Assembly (NCBI GenBank): GCA_041664605.1
Contig: JBAYKO010000001.1
Span: 9,220 to 73,219 of the forward strand
DNA length: 64,000 bases
DNA from: Minisyncoccota bacterium
GTDB lineage: Bacteria > Patescibacteriota > Minisyncoccia > Phycocordibacterales > UBA9973
Reading direction: 5' to 3'
Shown here: piece after piece, positions 58,307-64,000 of the stretch
Position numbering within the stretch: position 1 is the first letter of the stretch
How the letters are laid out: each line of letters starts with the position of its first letter
Made by a program: the position numbers and the translations under genes
The notes under the pieces: generated by a model
Database searches by the model: none
What the model saw: the letters and a program-made list of their open reading frames with translations, nothing else
Told to the model about the DNA's origin: nothing

Positions 58307-59548
58307 ATGAATAATTCTATTGGTGAATTTTTAAATTTAATTTTTACTAACCTTTTCCAATTTCTTGGAGACTCTGCTATTTTTTGGGCGCCACCGGTTT
58401 TGATTTTTGTTGGTTGGGAATTATGGCTTCGTTATAAAAACATGCTTTTCATTTCAAAGATGAAATGGTCACTCTTAGAAATTCGAGTTCCTAAGGATGT
58501 TTTTAAATCTCCGCTTGCAATGGAAATAATGCTCGCAAATGCTTTTTATCAAACAGGAGGGACGGGAACATGGTACGACAAATATTGGTTAGGAAAAGTT
58601 AGAATGTGGTTTTCTTTGGAAATAATTTCTCTTGGTGGAAAAGTTTATTTTTTAATGAAAATACCATCCCAGTTTAGAAACATTGTTGAGACACAAATTT
58701 ATGCTCAATATCCACAAGCTGAAATAAATGAAATAGATGATTACACTGACATGATACCACCATATGAAGATAAGTCTGGTGAATGGCTTATGTTTGGAAC
58801 AGAATTTACTTTAACTAAGGCAGATCCTTATCCAATTAGAACTTATATTGATTATGGATTAGATAGATCAGTCGGCCAAGAAGAAGAACAAAAAATTGAT
58901 CCAATCACTCCTTTAATTGAAAATCTAGGTTCAATAGGGAAAGATGAACAAATTTGGTTTCAAATTATAATTCGTGCTGCTACAAATCGCTATCCCAAAA
59001 AAGATGGAAAATTTAATCAAAAACAGGGTTGGGTAGATGAAGCAAAAGCTCTTGTTAAGGAATTGAAAGATAAGGGTAGACCAAAAGAAAAAGGAGAAAT
59101 GCCAACACCTCTGACTAAGGGTGAAAATGAAGTTATTTCTGCAATTGAAAGAAGTATGGATAAGATGGCATTTGATTGTGGTATGAGGGCTATTTATTTA
59201 GGAAAGAAAGATGTTTTCGCCAAAGCCAATAATATAACTGCTCTTACGGGTATGTTTAAACAATTTAATTCAGCTAGTTTGAATGGTTTTAAACCTAAAA
59301 ATGTAACAGGCTTTGATTATCCATGGCAAGACCCAGGTGGATCGAGAACTGATCATTTAAAAAGAGAAATATTTGAACAATATAAAGCAAGATCATATTT
59401 TTATCATCCCCACAAAAAACAACCGTTTTTGTTAACTAGTGAAGAATTAGCAACCATTTACCACTTTCCTGGAAGAGTTCTTGAAACACCAACATTTAAG
59501 CGTCTTGAATCTAAAAAATCTGAACCACCTTATAATTTGCCTGTATAA
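58307..59548 (+). CDS. Hypothetical membrane-anchored protein
   Basis: WFSLEI, IYAQYP.AEI.E..DY, EELATIYHFP. Confidence 0.75.
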   Translation: MNNSIGEFLNLIFTNLFQFLGDSAIFWAPPVLIFVGWELWLRYKNMLFISKMKWSLLEIRVPKDVFKSPLAMEIMLANAFYQTGGTGTWYDKYWLGKVRMWFSLEIISLGGKVYFLMKIPSQFRNIVETQIYAQYPQAEINEIDDYTDMIPPYEDKSGEWLMFGTEFTLTKADPYPIRTYIDYGLDRSVGQEEEQKIDPITPLIENLGSIGKDEQIWFQIIIRAATNRYPKKDGKFNQKQGWVDEAKALVKELKDKGRPKEKGEMPTPLTKGENEVISAIERSMDKMAFDCGMRAIYLGKKDVFAKANNITALTGMFKQFNSASLNGFKPKNVTGFDYPWQDPGGSRTDHLKREIFEQYKARSYFYHPHKKQPFLLTSEELATIYHFPGRVLETPTFKRLESKKSEPPYNLPV

Positions 59549-59553
59549 TTTTT

Positions 59554-60579
59554 ATGGACGAACAGAACCAAGACACTTCAGAATTTTTTCCTCAAGAAAA
59601 TTCAACCAAAGAGAAAATTTTTAAAATTTTCAATAAAACCAAAAAAATTATTTTGGTTTTATTGGTTTTATTAATTTTTTTAGTAACATCTTTTCGTTTT
59701 TTAATAAGTGCTCCGTCTAATTTTCCTATTGATAAAATTTATACAGTGGAAGAAGGAAGCTCTTTGACTAAGGCTTCTAATGATTTAAGAGAAAGCAATA
59801 TTATTAGAAATAAAAATGCTTTTCAATTTTTCTCTATCTTATTTGGTGATGATAAAAATATAATTGCTGGGGATTATTTTTTTGATAAAAAAATGAATGT
59901 CATTGAGATTGCACTTCGAATTTCAAAAGGTTATAGAAATCTTAACGAAATTAAAATAACAATTCCCGAAGGTTATAGTGTTAAAGAGATGTCTGAAACT
60001 CTTTCAGAAAAATTACCATATTTTAACAAAGAAGAATTTATGAATATGGCAAAAGATAAAGAAGGCTATTTATTTCCAGATACATATTTTCTTTATCCAA
60101 AATCAAAAACTAGTGAAATAATAAAAATTTTTGAAGACAATTTTGATAAAAAAATTAAGTCTATTAATGATGATTTAGAAAAAACTGATAAAAATCTTAA
60201 GCAAATAATTACGATGGCTTCTATTATAGAAAAAGAAGCTAACAAAGATGGAGATAGGGAAGTTGTCTCGGGTATTTTATGGAAAAGAATTAAAATAGGA
60301 CTTCCTCTTCAAGTTGATGCTACTTTTCTATATATAAACGGAAAGGGTTCGTCAGATCTTACTGTCGACGATTTAAAAATTGATTCACTTTATAACACTT
60401 ATAAATACAAAGGACTTCCGCCGGGACCAATATGTAATCCTGGAATAAAATCTATATTGGCTGCTATTTATCCAGAATCTTCTCCGTACTTATATTACCT
60501 TCATGATAAGGATGGGAACATCCATTATGCTAAAACTTTTGCGGAGCATAAAAAGAACAAAAGCCTTTATTTGAAATAA
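59554..60579 (+). CDS. mltG: Endolytic transglycosylase MltG
   Basis: EGYLFPDTY, MASIIEKE, LQVDAT, YNTY..GLPPGPI.NPG. Confidence 0.95.
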   Translation: MDEQNQDTSEFFPQENSTKEKIFKIFNKTKKIILVLLVLLIFLVTSFRFLISAPSNFPIDKIYTVEEGSSLTKASNDLRESNIIRNKNAFQFFSILFGDDKNIIAGDYFFDKKMNVIEIALRISKGYRNLNEIKITIPEGYSVKEMSETLSEKLPYFNKEEFMNMAKDKEGYLFPDTYFLYPKSKTSEIIKIFEDNFDKKIKSINDDLEKTDKNLKQIITMASIIEKEANKDGDREVVSGILWKRIKIGLPLQVDATFLYINGKGSSDLTVDDLKIDSLYNTYKYKGLPPGPICNPGIKSILAAIYPESSPYLYYLHDKDGNIHYAKTFAEHKKNKSLYLK

Positions 60580-60649
60580 AAAATCTTTATTGACCACTAT
60601 ATTAGAATATGGTAGTATCTTTTTAGATGTAAATTTTAAAGTTTTGATA

Positions 60650-61318
60650 ATGGGCAAAAGAAAACGAAAAAATATCAAAGAAAAAGATCGCTTTAAGGGG
60701 AGTATCTTCAATATTTTCCACCACCTCAAAAAAGAAAGGTTAATAGAATCTTTTGAAAAAAATGGAAGTAATATTTCGTCAGAAGTTTTTTCTTTTAAGG
60801 TAATTTTAAAAAAGGGATTATCTCAGACGATCTCTTTGTATAAAACTAAGATTGAAGAAAACTGCAATCAAGTTTCAGAAAAAAGTAAGGAGGTAAAAAT
60901 TTTAATAGGTGATAAACTCAATATTAATGACCTTGCTCATATAATTAAGAAGGCTCTCACTCATAGAATAAACGGAGATGAAATTGAGAAAGATTTTTTC
61001 CAGTTTGTTTTGTGTAAAATAGTGAATAAAGGTAAATCTCTTTCAGATATCGAAAAAACCGATGACAAAACGGATTGTCTGCAAGGAATTGATTATTTTT
61101 TGATTTTTTGTGGGAAGAAAATTCCAATTCAGATAAAATCAGCCACAAGAGAGCAGGAAAAACATACTAAAACTTTTCCTAAAATTCCTTCCCTTGTATG
61201 GAAAAAATTTGTTCCAGAAGAAACTAAGGAGCAAGTTGAGAAAAGGAAAGATAGTATTTTTGCCATTTGTACAGGATATATAGATGGGAAGATAAAACAT
61301 TTACAGATAACATTTTAA
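60650..61318 (+). CDS. Hypothetical protein, possible PD-(D/E)xK fold; probable start 60650
   Basis: D..QGIDY..IPIQIKS. Confidence 0.5.
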   Translation: MGKRKRKNIKEKDRFKGSIFNIFHHLKKERLIESFEKNGSNISSEVFSFKVILKKGLSQTISLYKTKIEENCNQVSEKSKEVKILIGDKLNINDLAHIIKKALTHRINGDEIEKDFFQFVLCKIVNKGKSLSDIEKTDDKTDCLQGIDYFLIFCGKKIPIQIKSATREQEKHTKTFPKIPSLVWKKFVPEETKEQVEKRKDSIFAICTGYIDGKIKHLQITF

Positions 61319-61371
61319 AAAAGAGCGCCGATAATGGCGCTCTTCTGTTTTTTGTGTATACTAATTAAAAA

Positions 61372-61479
61372 CCTGTCCCGTACTAAATTTTTGATTATTA
61401 TGTATAAAAATAAAAATTTAAGTCGAGATAGGGATAAAAAGTTAAATTCATTATTAAATATAAAATTTTAGTACTGGGA
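61372..61479. mobile_element. MITE-like element CCTG-TCCCGTACTAAA...TTTAGTACTGGGA
   Basis: Imperfect TIR ending at the mnmA ATG. Confidence 0.6.
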
Positions 61480-62579
61480 TGACTAAAAATAAAAATAAAA
61501 ATAAAATAAATAAGACAGTTTTTGTTGGAGTTTCAGGAGGAGTTGATTCCGCTGTTTCTTTGGCATTACTCAAACAAACTGGTTTTAATGTTGTCGGGGT
61601 TTTTATAAAAGTTTGGCAACCACCATTTTTGACTTGCTCGTGGAGAGAAGAAAGACGCGATGCAATGAGAGTTTGTGCGCATTTGGATGTTCCTTTTTTA
61701 ATGTTTGATTTTGAAAAAGAATATAAAAAAGAAGTGGCTGACTATATGATAAGAGAATATAGAGAAGGAAGAACTCCAAACCCTGATGTAATGTGTAATA
61801 AATATGTTAAATTCGGTGCGTTTTTAGATAAAGCGGTTTCTATGGGGGCAGATTATGTAGCTACTGGGCACTATAGTATTAGAAAAGAAATTTCTGGAAA
61901 AATACAAATGTTAGCTGGAAAAGATAAGAATAAAGACCAAAGTTATTTTCTTTGGACATTAAATCAAAAACAATTATCAAAAATTTTATTTCCAATAGGT
62001 GGATATAAAAAAGATCAGGTTAGAAAATTAGCTAAGAAATTTAATTTACCAAACGCAGAAAAAAAGGATAGCCAAGGAGTTTGTTTTGTTGGTAAATTAG
62101 ATGTAAAAGATTTTCTTAAAAATTATATAAAAGAAAAAAGTGGTAGTGTTTTAAATGAAAAAGGTAATGTGATAGGGAAACATGGTGGGGTTAATTTTTA
62201 CACAATAGGAGAGAGACATGGCTTTGTGATAAATAAAAAAACTGAAAAAGATAAACCATATTATGTGATTGCAAAAGATTTTAAGAAAAATACTATCACT
62301 GTCTCTCAAGATCTTTCTAAACTTAAAAAAACTGAAAAAGAAAAACAATTTATTAAAATAGAAAAAACAAATTGGATTTCTGGAACTCTACCATCTTTGA
62401 ATAAAAATTATCAAGCTAGAATTAGATACAGGCAAAAATTAGAAGATTGTGTTGTCAATTTTATGGACAGAAATAAGGCAATAGTAAAATTTGAAAATCC
62501 ACAAATCACAGCTACTTCGGGGCAATCTTTGGTTTTATATGACAAAGAGATTTGTTTGGGTGGTGGAATAATTATCTAA
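61479..62579 (+). CDS. mnmA: tRNA 2-thiouridine synthase MnmA
   Basis: SGGVDS, TPNPDVMCN, ATGHY, KDQSYFL, DSQGVCF. Confidence 0.97.
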   Translation: MTKNKNKNKINKTVFVGVSGGVDSAVSLALLKQTGFNVVGVFIKVWQPPFLTCSWREERRDAMRVCAHLDVPFLMFDFEKEYKKEVADYMIREYREGRTPNPDVMCNKYVKFGAFLDKAVSMGADYVATGHYSIRKEISGKIQMLAGKDKNKDQSYFLWTLNQKQLSKILFPIGGYKKDQVRKLAKKFNLPNAEKKDSQGVCFVGKLDVKDFLKNYIKEKSGSVLNEKGNVIGKHGGVNFYTIGERHGFVINKKTEKDKPYYVIAKDFKKNTITVSQDLSKLKKTEKEKQFIKIEKTNWISGTLPSLNKNYQARIRYRQKLEDCVVNFMDRNKAIVKFENPQITATSGQSLVLYDKEICLGGGIII

Positions 62580-62653
62580 TTTCCCCAAAAAAGTTTTTGC
62601 TTCCTTTCTATCTTGTTGATATAATTATCTACAGATTTTTTAAATAGTTCTAT

Positions 62654-62803
62654 ATGAAAAAGAGAATTCTAGTGAAAGTCTCTTTAAGACAGATATCATT
62701 TAAAATGGTTTCTATTTTTTCCACCCTACTGATTGTGAGTTATGGAGAAATAATCAAAATCTATGTTAAATTTTCAGATCTTATAAGACTTCTAACATCT
62801 TAA
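62654..62803 (+). CDS. 49-aa small ORF (not in ORF track)
   Basis: tgaTATAAT promoter, ORF MKKRILVK...LLTS*, hairpin downstream. Confidence 0.35.
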   Translation: MKKRILVKVSLRQISFKMVSIFSTLLIVSYGEIIKIYVKFSDLIRLLTS

Positions 62804-62881
62804 AAAATTCCACCAAGTCAATAGGTGGGATTTTTGTTTTTTGGTATAATATAGTCAATATTATTATTTAATTTTTACACT

Positions 62882-63361
62882 ATGCAATTATTTATTTTAC
62901 AAAATAGTGACATTTTCTTAAGCCTTGTCATTGCCATGCTTTTAGGCCTAGTTATTGGAACAGAACGTTTATTTGCTAGAAAAAGTGCCAACATGAGGAC
63001 TTTTGCCCTTGTTAGTATGGGTTCAGCTTTGTTTGTGATTATCTCCAAAATGATGACAGATCAACTTGCTCCTGGGGTTTCTGATCCTTTGCGTATAGCT
63101 TCTCAGATTGTAGTAGGTATCGGTTTTCTTGGTGCGGGTTTAATTATTTTTGAAAAAGGAAAAATTACAGGATTAACAACCGCTACTGGACTTTGGGTAG
63201 TAGCTGGAATAGGAATGGCTTGTGGTTTTGGTTTATACAACCTTGCTGTAATTGCCACTGTCTTGACGCTTTTTATTTTTATAATTCTTTGGTTTGTAGA
63301 AGAACAACTTAAAAAAATATCTGACTTATCAGAAGATGAAGGAAAAGACAATCACGACTAA
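62882..63361 (+). CDS. MgtC/SapB family protein
   Basis: IGTER, MRTF.LV, RIASQIVVGIGFLGAG, GLTTA..W. Confidence 0.92.
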   Translation: MQLFILQNSDIFLSLVIAMLLGLVIGTERLFARKSANMRTFALVSMGSALFVIISKMMTDQLAPGVSDPLRIASQIVVGIGFLGAGLIIFEKGKITGLTTATGLWVVAGIGMACGFGLYNLAVIATVLTLFIFIILWFVEEQLKKISDLSEDEGKDNHD

Positions 63362-63367
63362 ATATAA

Positions 63368-64000
63368 TATGTTATCAGGTGAAATCAGAAATAAATTTCT
63401 AAAATTTTTTGAAGAAAGGGGGCATAAAATAATCGCCTCGTCTTCTCTTGTGCCTGAAAATGATACATCAGTTCTTTTTACTACTGCTGGAATGCAACAA
63501 TTTAAAAAATATTATTCAAACGAAGAATTAGCGGAAAAAGATTTTGGAACAAAAAATGTTGTAACGGTTCAAAAATGTATTCGCACTAGTGATATAGATG
63601 AAGTTGGAGATAATACTCACCTAACTTTTTTTGAAATGCTAGGAAATTTTTCCTTCGGTGGTTATGGGAGAGATGAAGCTATTAAATATGCTTATGAATT
63701 TATTACCAAAGAAATGGGTTTAGAAATCTCTTATGTAACAATATACAAAGGGTCTGAAAATGTTCCAAAAGATGAAGAATCAGAAAAAATTTGGAGAGAA
63801 ATTGGTATTGAAAATATAAAAGAAGAAGGGGATGATGTTTTTTGGGGGCCAACAGGAGATAGTGGTCCATGCGGGAGAACTACAGAAATTTATTGTAAAA
63901 ACGCAACAGGAAAGATGTTGAAGTTTGGAATATTGTTTTTAATGAATATTTCTGTAATGGTTCTCGTGGTCAATTAGATAAAGGTGAAATAAAACTTGAG
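63368..64000 (+). CDS. alaS: Alanine-tRNA ligase N-terminus (apparent frameshift near 63912; runs off window)
   Basis: LFTTAGMQQFK, QKCIR, HLTFFEMLGNFS, GPCG..TEI; DVEVWNIVFNEY continues in another frame. Confidence 0.92.

Overview
AT-rich chromosomal window whose gene content (leuS, valS, alaS, lepA, ftsZ/ftsA, mreB, priA, tsaD, mnmA, six tRNAs, near-leaderless genes, many ORFans) is typical of a Patescibacteria/CPR (Parcubacteria-like) genome; the taxonomy is an inference. (1) A ~15.7-kb phage-satellite-like island (~4996-20720) is integrated into the first codons of ychF. It carries a large serine recombinase, a Prim-Pol/SF3 primase-helicase, a TerS-like protein, Type III R-M with an interposed DUF3800 gene, and RmuC-like and PD-(D/E)xK nucleases. 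The att site lies inside the recombinase gene. Excision would replace a 5-aa tail with a 46-aa tail, and in the integrated state that tail sits behind the host ychF promoter with an overlapping GTGA start/stop. (2) The backbone carries many short palindromic insertions (a CCTG-foot hairpin family, longer TIR elements, a CCGAC family and an HSNILQN family). They occur in duplicated tRNA 5' halves, terminator loops, start codons and in frame inside tsaD, holB and leuS, and a small GIY-YIG nuclease lies within one of the tRNA duplications. (3) There are several candidate structured RNAs and a set of ORFan cassettes sharing a leader motif. All calls come from reading the sequence and ORF track; no searches were run.
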